Source: Basidiobolus meristosporus CBS 931.73 (lineage: Eukaryota > Fungi > Basidiobolomycota). From it: DNA of 64,000 nt. The notes under the pieces were generated by a model that saw nothing but the letters and a program-made list of their open reading frames with translations, did not search any database and was not told the DNA's origin. Numbering within the stretch: position 1 is the first letter of the stretch; each line of letters begins with the position of its first letter. Made by a program: the position numbers and the translations under genes. Location: assembly GCA_002104905.1 (NCBI GenBank), contig MCFE01000296.1, forward strand, positions 1 to 64,000. The letters run 5' to 3'. Below are positions 25,901-39,606 of this stretch, in pieces.

Positions 25901-26930
25901 GTACATAGAGTACTTCTTTAAAGGTCAGTGTATGGCTTCCTTTACTGCTTCTAAGGTTTACTTGGATAGTTCCTTCTCCCACTGCATCAATTGTTCTATT
26001 GTCACCCATGAAAACCTTCTTAATTGGAATTTCTGGATATTGGGTAAAAAGTTCTTTTTGGTGTGTCAAGTGTTGAGATGCTCCAGAGTCAATGTACCAC
26101 ATCTGAGAATCCTTGTTTGTGGTCATATTTAGTGCAGATATGAATAGTCTATCTTCAGTTGCTGCAGCATTTCCATATTCAGGCTTTTTTTGTTGATTAT
26201 CTTTCTTTTTGAGACACTAGTCTGATGTATGTCCTTTCCTTTTGCAGTAGTTGCAAAATAGGTTGCTGTTGCCTTTGTAGGCTCTTGGGTACCTCCTTTG
26301 TTGGTTATCATTGCTTATTAAAGAATTTTCTTCTTCCTTCTTATTGGCGCTTGATTTTTGTTATTCTTCATCCAGGAGCCTTCCATATACATAATTTAAG
26401 GTCAAATCTTCAGTTCTGGACTCTAGGGCTGTTACAAGACCTTAAAACCCATCTGTCAGGCTATTCAGGATGGTAAATATTACATCCTCATCAGTAGTTG
26501 GTACGCCCACAGATTCCATCTCATCTACCAGCAGGGTAATTCTGTTAATTAGATTTTTCATTTCTTCTCCTGGCAGCATCTTTGTAGTAAAGAATTTTTG
26601 TCTCAGATACATTTTCTTGACAGCTGAACAGGACTGGTAAGTGTCTTTCAATGCTTTCCAGGCATTCTTTGCCGTTTTTGCTCTTGAGCATTGAATTAGC
26701 AATTTGTCCTTGACATTAAGGCAAATGCAGTTAAAGGCACATTGTTCTTTCTTCTGGTACTTTAAGGCTTCCTCTCCCATGTTTTTAGGAGGTCATTCAT
26801 CTCCCATGACAATATCCCAAAGGCCTCTTTCTTGTAGCAGCATCTTCATCTTCACCTGCCACACTTGGGAGTTAGATCCATCCAACTTTTCAGCAGAGGG
26901 AAAAATTCCAGTAATAGCAGTAGTAGACAT
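22987..26930 (-). pseudogene. gag-pol of copia element B
   Basis: CNYCKRKGHTSD*C zinc knuckle, WYIDSGAS, LWHRRFGH, HSDLCGPM, ETFAPVAKFNSIR, LYVDD, YSDADWG and ADIFTK. Several stops and frameshifts. Confidence 0.95.
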
Positions 26931-26949
26931 TGCAGAGAGTGACAGCTTG

Positions 26950-26961
26950 GGGCTCATAACC
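26950..26961 (-). promoter_or_regulatory. Primer-binding site GGTTATGAGCCC, complementary to the anticodon stem-loop of fungal tRNA-iMet
   Basis: Directly abuts the 5' LTR end CAACA with no spacer; complement of GGGCUCAUAACC. Confidence 0.85.
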
Positions 26962-27801
26962 TGTTGTAAGAGTCTTGGAGATATTGGAAGTGATTTGGAG
27001 AACAAGTAGATTATGTGGTTTTCACTGAATGATTTATTGAATGTAAAAGTAGTATTTATACTTTTACCTGGTCTTGGCATTACAAACACGTAGAATAGGT
27101 TAAGAAAGGTCCCAAAAACATGTGTGCAAAGTTTGGGGCTGTTTGGACAACTTTGAGAATTTTCACATTCTGGGTACCTGGTATTTTGGTGAAAATATTC
27201 TAAGTAAATTCCAACAAGGAATTTGGTCAGTATTCTCTAGGATTTGAAGATAATGATCTAAGTGACTAAGTTAGGTGAATATTTAGGTGGAAATACAAAT
27301 TTTTTACAACAAATACTAGGTACCCAGAACATGAAAATTCTCAAAGTTGTCCAAACAGCCCCAAACTTTGTACACATGCTCTTGCGGCCTTCCTCAGCTT
27401 ATGCTACTTGTTTATAGTGCAAGAACAAGTAAAAGTACAAATACTACTTTTACATTCAATAAATCACCAAATGAAAACCACATAATCTACTTGTCCTCCC
27501 AAACCACTTCCAGTATCTCCAAGACTCTTACAACAATCCCTCACATTATATTGGATTCCAAGATGTAATGGTCTTCATAATTAATTACAATCTGGAGGCA
27601 ATTACCTGAAATATCTTATTAGCACAACTCAGAAAAGCAGCTTAACTATTCTGCAAGGGGCACCTTCAATATTAGTTTTACAAAGACAAGCTACCATGCA
27701 ATATCTAAGCTAACTGTTCAAAACCAAACTTTTGCCTAAACAACTGCTGCTAAACAAACCAAGTGTAGAGTAATGGCAATCAAGATGTTCCATGTTAGTC
27801 T

Positions 27802-28148
27802 TGTTGTAAGAGTTTTGGAGATATTGGAAGTGATTAGGAGAACAAGTAGATTATGTGGCTTTCACTTAATATTTATTGGATGTAAAAGTGGTATTTATAC
27901 TTTTACATAATCTTGGCATAATGTATATGTAGAATATGCCAAGGAAGGTCCCAAGAACATATGTGCAAAGTTTGGGGCTGTTTGGACAACTTATCAATCT
28001 TTCATGCTCTGGGTACCGGATGTTTTGGTGAAAATATTCCAAGTAAATCCCAACAGGGAACTTGGTCAGTATACTCAAAGATTTGTAGGTAATGATCTAA
28101 GTGACTAAGTTAGGTGAATATTTAGGTCGAATTCCGAATTTTACAACA
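27802..28148 (-). repeat. Solo or orphan LTR of the same copia family
   Basis: TGTTGTAAGAG...TTACAACA. No matching TSD. Retains several CpGs. Confidence 0.85.
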
Positions 28149-28149
28149 T

Positions 28150-28225
28150 TATCAACATAAGCCAGAATCCCTAAAGAGCTGTCTTAGCCATATTGACTCC
28201 TTTGTAGCCTCACAGGCTACAACAA
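28150..28225 (-). pseudogene. Copia RNase H scrap
   Basis: Minus strand reads ACEATKESIWLRQLFRD. Confidence 0.65.
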
Positions 28226-28339
28226 GTTTGAGCGGTTAAGAAATTTAAAAGGTAGCATTGTGGGCCCACTTTATTATCATTAAATATATACCTATCTATA
28301 TGAATATATATTGTGACATTCGATGATCTTTTGAGGGCC

Positions 28340-30716
28340 TCAAAGGATTGTCTGTTGATCCAACAGAGTCAGGTTAGGATCGTCTTTACGTTTCCAGGTC
28401 TTGATGCTTTCTCCATTCTTTGAGATCTCGATTACACGTGAACGGCGATCCCAGCCCTTGTCGGTACCTCCGTAGGTACCATAACCCGCACCGCCACCGT
28501 AGCAAAGTTGCATGTCCGAGAATGGGAAACAGTAGTCGTTAACATGATCATGGCCAACAATGGTCATTTTGACATCGCCCGCTAAAAGCAGCAAATATCT
28601 TAGAGAGCATAGCCATAAATCCAGTGATTAAAGCTACCTACATTCATGAAGGGCATCGATCCATGGAGACTGAACCTTGGAGCTAGAGACCGCTTCTCCC
28701 TTTGACCCCACTTGCTTCTCGGGTACCTTAGACACCTCGGCATATTCGGTGGTTGGAATGTGCCAGAATGCAATCGCGTTGGGCTTCTGACCTTTCTTGT
28801 TCGCGAGTTTCTTGGATACTTCCTTGAACCAGTTGACTTGGTTGTCCTTGATGAAGTCATAGCCGGCTCCATTCAGGTTGTAAGCGCCGGAGTCCACAAA
28901 GTATAGAGTAAAGGCACTCTTCCCCCTGTGGGATGAATCGTGATGAGCCATGTGACCATTGATCTCGACTGCATGGGTGGCACTTACTTGGCGGTGATCT
29001 GAGTGAAATAGTTCCCGGAGCCAAACAGGCCATAAGGGCCGTTCTTGCCAAGATTGTACGGAACCGAGAGGGCAGCCTGAGTGATCTCCAGACGGGAGAG
29101 ATCAGCTTCGTCATCATGGTTACCATGCACGAAAGCCTAGATTTGCCAGAGACAGAGGTCAGTTAGAAAAATGCACACATGAAGAAACCGGCCCGACTCA
29201 GTACCCAAGGAATCTTGTGCTTGGCAGCCAGGCTGGCATATTTCAGTACACTGGCTCTAGGGTCTCGAGAGCCCATCACATTGTCACCAGTGAAGGCAAT
29301 CATGTCCGGTTTCTCTGCTAAAATCATTCGCTCAGCAAACTCAAAGGTCTTTAGGTTGGTGCAGTTTCGCCACTGGATTTCCTGATGTTAGAATGGATTC
29401 CTCAACGAGGCAGCATGCTGCGTATTTACCTCAGCGGTGGATGGGATATTGTAGCACGCGCTTCGGTGGCTAGTCATATGCAAGTCGGCTAGCTGTAGGA
29501 TCTTGAACGTTCCATCGCGGTGGAACTTCAACTCGGGTACTTTGGGCAATTCTGACCATTCAACATTAGCTTGTTGGGATCGCTTGTGGTGATGACGGTA
29601 GGGCACTTACGCTTCTCCTTGGACCTGTAGTAGAGATACACTTCGTCAGCCCCAGTACCCACATTAAGATCCTGTTCTACTTTGGTGTAGCCAAATGGAT
29701 CCACCAGGTCCTTGCCACTCTCGAAGGTAATGGAGTAGATGGGTTTTCCGGCTCCTTTCTTGAAGAACAGATAAACTGGCTGACCCTTGGTTCCGCTGTT
29801 CAAATCCGTGGGTATGCGCTCATAGCCTGGGAGAGAGGTGCTGGTGGATGCCTTGATACGGGTGATGTGCTTTCCCTTGTCCTGCTTGTAGAAGAGGTAC
29901 ACATATTTCCCACCCGCACTGATGTTCAGGTCATGATCCGATCGAATCCAGCCTTCTTTGCCACAGTTGGCCTGATCGCACGCCTCAACAGTGATGTCGG
30001 AAATGGGGACTATATATGGGTCGGCAAACACAGAGTTGCATTTGATATCGTGCGCATCAGATTATTCATGGGATGAATGCCTCTTACCTTCTTTCGTTTT
30101 AGGTTCGTAGAAGAGGGATACCTTCTCACCTGTGGTATGCATAGGGTCAGCAGACATACACTCGTCACACTGGATGCACGATACGTACCGGCTCCTTCAT
30201 TCAAGTTGAAATCGTACGTGCGATATCCGTCTAAGGCATGTGGTGTAGCCCCGATTTTCACCAACAGATTTTGGATAGGTGCACCGGCGGCCAGGCCGGT
30301 GGTATGCGCAAGATACCGTTTGGGTGCAACTGACCCTTCATTGACGTTGACATCCAACTTTTTGTAGCCACGAGGAGTCTGGTCCGTGTCCTTCAACAGT
30401 TGGATATTGGTCAATGGGAGTTTTCCGGCCTCCTTTCGGTAGTGAAGGTAGATGTACTTGCCACCAGCACCCTTATTCAGGTCCAGCGGAATACGATGCC
30501 ATGGTTCGGGAAGTTCGCAATTAGTGGTATCACATGCCTTGAGACTTATGTCAGTAATAAAGGCACTCTCCTCCTCCCGGGCGGATTTCCCTAGATGACA
30601 TGTCAAGCGTTACCACGATTGTTGACCGCCTCTGATAGTAGTAACAACGGTTTGAGCATACCGAATACCAAAGTTGAGATGTTCAAAAGGGTGAGTAGAG
30701 CAGTAGCAGTCTTCAT
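28340..30716 (-). CDS. Secreted calcineurin-like metallophosphoesterase (Dcr2-like catalytic domain) with six N-terminal MABP-type beta-prism repeats; multi-exon
   Basis: Signal-peptide-like MKTATALLTLLNISTLVFG, repeats DLNxGxGGKYIYLxY, and catalytic motifs LADLH, FTGDN, GNHD, FWHIP and GHDHVND. Confidence 0.85.
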
Positions 30717-31913
30717 GGTTACCAGTACCTTGATCTGAGGGAGTCCAGGAGCCTGGCTTATATACTGTACAGGGCCTCAGGAGCTTTTCATCTCAGCCAA
30801 TACCTTTGGACACGCGGTTGTTTGTCCTGGAAACCCAAGGCATGAGTTGGTTGCTTGTGGGGCCTTGGTTCAACAATGACCATAACTAACTACATGCCCA
30901 GTGTCACAGCACATATCGCCTCTTCCGCAACAGATGGGATGATTTACACATTCCGCTGTATTGGCCAATAATGGATATTTCGAGAGTGGGAATCAGATGG
31001 GTGGGTGGCTCAATCTTACTCGCAATTACCAATCATGTTCCTCCTTAGGGCCATGTATATCCTGGTGATGACACTTAGCATGCATCAGTTGTTTGTGCAA
31101 CAATGAATGGATCATCAGTAACCAACCTTCAAGCTAGTAATCACCACTAGGTACTTGAGCATGATAAGCAGCAACCCTCGTGTACCAGCGACGCATCTCA
31201 ACACCAAAAGCTGTGTGGAAATCACTTTGAAGATATGACAATGATCTGAAGGCAATCCATCCAACCGGACTCAATTGATGTTAATCAAGCTTAACCATTC
31301 TTTGGATGTATGCAGTAATTGTGTTGGATGGCCATAATATGCATCCATGGACTGAGGTTGAAAAGAAAATGATGGAAGAAGGTTCACATAGAGCAGAACC
31401 CAATCCGATCTGCGTGGCTATAGTGAAGCATCCCTGAAGATTGACATTTTGCAACAGATTGAAAGCGGTTCATCCGCTGTGCGATGCTGTGAGGGGAAAC
31501 TTTGATGGAACCACGTTGTCTGTTACTCAATTGATATCGCGTTCATAATTTGTATGCACGCTGGTAGTTTTGGTGGTTACCACTTCATGAAGGTGATTGA
31601 GCAAAGTCGTTTGAGATGAATTTTGCAAAGCATCTTGTTTCTGACAACACCAAAAAGAGTTAGATTAGGTATTATATGCTGAAAGCTTTGATGAGGTGGT
31701 TTTTGCAAGCCATAAGCTCAAAGGCAATCTCTACGATGCGGCTAACACGCTGCCATATATTCCTGAGACTCCACACTGAAAGCAATACAATTTTCCCCAG
31801 GTATGATTGAAATCATGGTCTGACAATGCCATGACCTTCCAAAGGTCATCAGAAGGTATGTTAACCTCTACCTAGCTCCGTCAGCATCTGGCACTATGAG
31901 TCAGAGTGGTATA

Positions 31914-32150
31914 TGTCGCATGATTTTTGGGTATATTAGAAGTGATTTGGAGAACTACAGGATTAGTGGTATATTCGCACATTGGTTTGTTGAGTAAAAT
32001 CAAGATGTTTCTACTTCTATAGAACCATGTGAAATTGAGAACACAAGTGGCTTAGGAAAGGGCCCAGGGAGCTGTACGCATGCTCTGGGCATATTGAACA
32101 GTATTGCGGATTTCCAATTCTCCAATATCATTTTCAACAATTGAAGCCTT
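31914..32150 (-). repeat. Decayed copia LTR remnant
   Basis: tgtcgcatga...tattagaagtgatttggagaac matches the LTR family end. Confidence 0.55.
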
Positions 32151-32889
32151 ATTAAGTAGGAATGTGTTGCAGGCTTATAATGAGCTGGATAATGGCTAAA
32201 TATGAAAAGCAACCTGGTTGATGTTGCAATAAGCTTGGTACATAGTTACTCACATAGCTTGCATATAATACTTTCTTAATCACAACAAGAACATTTGCTT
32301 GAAGATAATTTGCATGACATTCAATAATTCTTGGAAATCGTGAAATACCAACAGAAATTAAGCTTTTTGGGCCCATCCAAAAGACCCCAAAATCTGTACA
32401 TCACCTCATGGGGACTTTCTCAAGGCTTTCTTATTGCTATATATGTGCGTTTTACACATGTGGACCAGTACCTTATTTCAGTTCAGTAAACCAATGCGAG
32501 TAACAATGATTTCTTCTAAATACTCCAAATCATTTGGCAATTCTTGTAGCTGCTGTTGACAGCGGAGTCTGTTGGGGCATTGGCCTTTCAGGCAGGAGTG
32601 TAAGGTGCAGCTGTACTGGCAATATGGCAACCAAGCAAGCATATGGTCTAGCTTTTTTATGATGAACATCAAATAGTGATATTGATTCAAGATGAAATAC
32701 GACCAAATCCAGACATCACATTAGACAACTGGTCTAAGTTGTAGCGGACATTTTGTCACAAAAGCAGTGGGGAAATCTTTCCCTCTCTTTTAGGTTGCGC
32801 AATATAGGTTATGGTTGCAGATATTTGTCCTAAAATATATTAGAGGACAGTGTCTTGTATAAATATCCTCTATATGAAATTTCAGAATT

Positions 32890-33125
32890 GAATTTTAATG
32901 GAACTCCCTAATATGTTTAGGAAGGTCCCAAGAATATGTGTGCAAAGTTCGGGGGATCTTGGACAACTTTAAGAATTTTCATGCTTTGGGCACTTGGCAT
33001 TTTGATGAAAATATTCGAAGTAAATCCCAACACAGAATTTGGGCAAGAAATAGTAAGGTTCATGGACTATGATCTAAGAGACTAAGTAATCGAATATTTA
33101 GGTGTAAATCCAAAATTTACATCAT
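32890..33125 (-). repeat. Partial copia LTR remnant
   Basis: ggaaggtcccaagaatatgtgtgcaaagtt...ttggacaactt...gaatatttaggtg matches the family. Confidence 0.75.
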
Positions 33126-33316
33126 CCACCACCATCGTCACCACAAGGATGACCTAACGTGATGTCCACGGGTACTCTTTCCTTTTCAAATGTCTTTTGG
33201 TTTATGTAAGTTACTGGTGGGCACTAGAATGTTGGAATGTATTGGAGGAGGTATTTTAAGAGCGACAAGGCAAGGATTTGGGATAGGATTGAATATATTG
33301 GGATGTGGCGTGGACC

Positions 33317-34970
<1,654 letters not shown>

Positions 34971-35234
34971 TAGGGAGCTGCAGGTGTGACTTAGAGTTTG
35001 GTCACCTTCTGCAAGAGCATATATCAAACTTATTTCAACTATGGGGTCTGGAAAAATCCATATTACGAACAGCGTGTTGCTAATCAAGGAAATTGGCCAG
35101 TCTATTTTTGGAGGGATTCCTTAGGAAACTACCATATTTGATCAAGTAATCAATTTAGCACAGTGGACTTAAATAAACTAGATGCCGATGAAGAATGGTT
35201 AAACCTGGAGTTTATTGGAATGGATCGTTCTAAG

Positions 35235-36719
35235 TTAAAGTCGGCTGACCAAATGCTTGGCCTCAAGAGACTCCTCGGCACGCTTGAGAACTGACAGCAA
35301 GGTTTGGGCAGATCCCCAGCTGCTCTGGAAGCCTAATTTCAATGTTCATCAATGGCAGTCCAAGCATACTCCAAATATGTAAACATAGCTTACCAAATCC
35401 ACCATGACCATAGTTATGGCAGACAATGATGGGCTGCCCCTTATGTGCTACATGCAATCCCAACTACTTAATATCACGATCGGGTCCGGGGTATCAACAG
35501 CTACTTACTGATAATTTCACTCTCAAGACGAATACCGCCGATTCTTGTAGGTCTAAAGCCGACACCGTGCCTTATGATTTCCAGATTCTTGCTATCGCTG
35601 TCTTTGGCAAGTGAAGGGCAAAGCGAAATGCATCTTTCGATGATTGCAGCTGCAGTCGTGGAGTCGGGTTTTTCATTCCTATCGTAACTCCATTAAGAAT
35701 GATACGGTGTAGTGGACGGTTCGAATACTCCTTACCAATCACCTGCTTGGGTAGTGCCACCGAGAGTAACTTCGCCATTGTTTCGAGGGATAATGTATGT
35801 AATGTTACTTGCACCTAATCATCGAATATGAGATGGAACTCGTACTATCTTGAGATAATGGCGATTTTACCATGCTTTAGGTACACTTGTCGGATGTGTG
35901 GAGCACGTACCAACACCACTTGACCACGCGTGGGATACACCGATAAATCCTCCACTCCACCGAGGGTGCGTGCCAGTAGTCCAGTACAATTAATGACCGC
36001 TTGAACGCTCTGGTCAAATGCATCACTGATGTTCGCCAGCTTCTTGACTACTTTCTTTCCGCCCAATTGTTCGAATTCAGCCAATAACCACTTCATGTAC
36101 TCCGTAGTGCTGATGGTAGCTAGATTGAGACGGTGAGGAAAGCATACAGCTCAGCAAAGTGAAAACAACGAGGTATGGAATATGTAAAAGATAAGAACCT
36201 GTAGTGTAAGTAACGCCATACTCGCAGTCTTCAGGTATTTCTTCTTTCGAAAGCACCCTATACTAAGAAAATATAAGCACCTTTTCCTACCAAAAACACC
36301 ACAATGTAGTGGAGGTTACGTTTGGGCTGAACTTCGCAAACCAGGGTTGTTGCCAGTTGTGTGGAAGTTTCTCCCAGAAGTTGGTTTCCTGGGTCAACAT
36401 GACCCCAGTTTCGGGGTTTTTCGCCAGCTGTTGGAAAATACCGAAAGAGATCGCGTCGTACTCTAAGAAAACAATTATCTGGTGAGGTGGGTTGGCAGCA
36501 AGCTGAATTGGCCTCCAAAAAAACAATACGTTGTGCAGCAATATCGTTCTGGGCAGCCACACTACGCCAGTGGGCACCTGCCCAAGGACTAGTGTAGTGT
36601 GAGTGGAACTCTCCAGGAAAATGTTCGGCAACAATAGTAACCTGATAGCCTGCCTTTTGCAAAGTGTAGGCCGTGGTTACTCCTATAACGCCAGCACCGA
36701 TAACAACAATATTGGACAT
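35235..36719 (-). CDS. DAO1: D-amino-acid oxidase, peroxisomal; multi-exon
   Basis: [12 protein letters not shown] motif, [23 protein letters not shown] and [17 protein letters not shown]. Spliced C-terminus ends -SRL* (PTS1). Confidence 0.9.
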
Positions 36720-39606
36720 GTTTTACGTGGGCCAGTCGTCATCCAGCGGCATACTTTTATCTTGCTCGAGCTCGCTCATCTCTTTAAGGCAATCACCATT
36801 GTCTCGGACATCATCAAATCACTTGGATGCATGCTAGACACAAATGTTACTCAGCACAAAAATGCCAGAGTCCCACCACACAGAGATGTGTGATCGTGGA
36901 TGGATTGGCGACAGCCAATTGTTTCGCATTCTTGGATTGAGCATTCAGTGGGGTATCTCAATGTCATGATTACTAACATTACAGATGATTCCATTTCCTT
37001 TGGAGGCAATGTGGCTCATTGGATTTAAGTGCTCGAAGCTAGCTCGATTTCCTAGCAGTTCTCTAATCCATGTAGAACCGCGTTCACTGAATCAACATGA
37101 ACCACAAGGGCTGAGGACGACATGACTCCTGTAACGAGGTACGCTTAAATCATTAGATCCCACACTGCCGATATTTTCTCACCACTGGGAGACATCATAT
37201 ATTCGAGTACTACGCCGAGAGTGCTATCTGGGTGAGTAGAACAATTGAACGTTTTTCAACCAGTATTTCTCATGTTTGATGGATTTCCCTGGCAATCTCC
37301 GTGCAATGGACCATGAGTGCACTCCCAGTTTCTCAACACGTATATGCTGTGACAGATACAGACAGACACCTTTCTGGGATGATCACAATACCATGTTTGT
37401 TTATCACACGCAACAAACATAGTTGGCTGTAGGGGGAGCCGCTTCTCAGCCTTCATGTGTTCCAAGGGCCTCTTTTAATTCGCTATCGGATCTTATGATA
37501 GTACATAAATACCGGATGGTTGGGGAGTTCTCGAGGATGGGAATAGAAAACCAGCTAATCAGTGCTGCACATATACGCTAACCATATATACATCCCTGTC
37601 AAGGATATAGCCGCGGAGACATGACGGTGCTTGGATTCTGTATAGCCAGTAAATAGGCAGAATCGGACACATATGGTCAACGAAAGACAATCGCATGGCC
37701 TCCATAGTGTTGGTCGATGTGATGGCAAACGGCATCACGGAGACAGACTTTCCTAGCCGAAATTGGATGGTGGTTTCATATCCTGGAGCCAACCATCGAT
37801 GCCAGGTCGTAACTTTATTTCATCAAGGTCTAGGCAGGTGTGGTTCTAGACTACAAACCTGCTTCCAATCGGATGATTTTCAATGATTTTCCTTCATAGG
37901 GTGAAAATATCCAATACTGATGTACCATCCGATTTGCAACATGGTGTGAGCAAACTCCCCATGCCGTAACGACGGGATTACCAACTAACATTGTGTACAG
38001 AGCCATGGCTCTGCTACCCGGCCTCCACTGAAGTGTCGAGGATCATACCTTGTATCAGCTGCTGTTTGCTAAAGCCCAGCGTGATTGGCACGGGACGGAG
38101 AATAAGTCCTCGGCAACAACCCCGGAACCCCACCCTCCCGGGGGTGAAGTAGGGGAGGTAGTATCTCCCACTCCCTCGGAGTAGTGTGTAATTACGCCAA
38201 TTCTACAGCTTCATTGATTGGAATCTTCTGTCCAGCACGAAGAGATTTTATTGGTGAGTGGAGTGCATCGTAGACACCAAACTATACCCGCGCCTCTGGT
38301 CCCTCCAAGGATAAAAAGAAAGTACGTTAGAAAGGGACTTTCCTAGTATATGCGACGCTTCTATACTCGTCACATTGATTTCCTAATGTGCGAGCGTCAC
38401 AGATTCAAATCTATTTTTCGGGTGAGTAACGCACACCAAATCGACGCTGAAATCCTCCAACCCTATTTTGAATCCTGCGACTAACCATAGAAATCCGTCG
38501 CCATCTTCTAAAAGAACATCCAACGTGAATGATGCCTGGCATTTGGAATGGCAAAAATAACCCAGGGTCATGTACTAACGGCCAGGTATCGGTGTATTCT
38601 GTATGTATATGCCTCTCCGGAATGATTTTGACATTGGTTTCGACTCTATAATGCCCCTCTAGCTCCCCCGGCAGGCTCGAGTCTGTGGACGGGAACGAGG
38701 AGGATAGGCGTTTATCCATGATCACCCTCCAAGGGGGTTGCGATACAAATAGTAAATCGGATAGGTACACCCAAGCACCCTAATTTCAGAAAAACAGACT
38801 GTTTCAAAGATTTTATCTGGCTTCAAAAATACCAGGCGGGAAGAATACCAGGATATTCATTTCCATCAAACCTCACCTTGATCCAATGATTGATCAGGAT
38901 CCCTCGACTCCTGATAAACTTGACCATTTTCGAATTCTGAATACAAGGCGTCATAATTGGACGCCTCTTCTTTGTTGCCGGCCTCGACTCATGGCTGAGG
39001 TTGGGCACACTGAAACGTGGTGTTGGTAGCGGATGGCGCTTCAGTAGTGCGGCCCCGCCTATGGGGTGGCCGTGCGGATATGCAGCCCATGTCCTGGACA
39101 TGAAAGCCCTGCCATACTGGTTTGCACGATGAGTGATCGATGTGTGTTGTGTAGATAAGTGTCCCTACCGATCACAAGGTCAATCGCGATAAACAAACCC
39201 ACCTTAATCAAAATGAGGCTAGTAGAACTTTGGAAAGATTACAACTGGTGGCATTTCCAATATGCTTCCATAATATATATGTGTACGATTTCTATTTCAG
39301 TTGAGGGCCATTGCTTGAATAGGACGGTGGAATCGACTTCATCCTATAAGGAAGTTTCTGGTGAACTACGCACTACAATTATAGACTGGTGCCTTGATCA
39401 ATGAGAGCGACCGATTTGCTACTGTAGGATTGCGAACCCGGTAATAAATTTACCAGCGTCTTCAAAAGCTTAGTATGCCGTGGAAATACTTGTCCAATAA
39501 TGGAAAAGAGCAGCTGTTCCTTTTCACTTAAATAGGCGGTCGGTTTCCACGGTGCGATTGAATCATTTCCTGAGTTTAGGCTATTTATTTTTCTCCCATC
39601 TCCCAC

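Larger units (their letters stand above)
22627..27311 (-). mobile_element. Full-length Ty1/copia element B nested in the 3' LTR of element A
   Basis: LTRs 22627-22975 and 26962-27311 (~95% identical by hand count), TSD AATAC, PBS 26950-61, PPT 22976-85. Confidence 0.95.
17217..27535 (+). mobile_element. Ty1/copia element A with three nested insertions
   Basis: TSD ATCCC at 17212-16 and 27536-40. 5' LTR 17217-18302 (split by a fold-back); 3' LTR 22498-22626 plus 27312-27535 (split by element B). PBS 18303-14, PPT before 22498. Confidence 0.92.

Noticed and set aside
27797-28153. TSD for the LTR at 27802-28148
   Set aside because: Flanks AGTCT and TTATC do not match. Flanks of the host LTR 1752-15082 (ATTAC/AATGC) match only 3 of 5, so no TSD is claimed there either.
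1-28250. RIP as the cause of TE decay
   Set aside because: CpA and TpG are abundant and CpG is the depleted dinucleotide, which fits 5mCpG deamination rather than CpA-directed RIP.
31100-31850. Possible degenerate transposon coding remnant
   Set aside because: Only vague peptide resemblance and no diagnostic motif.
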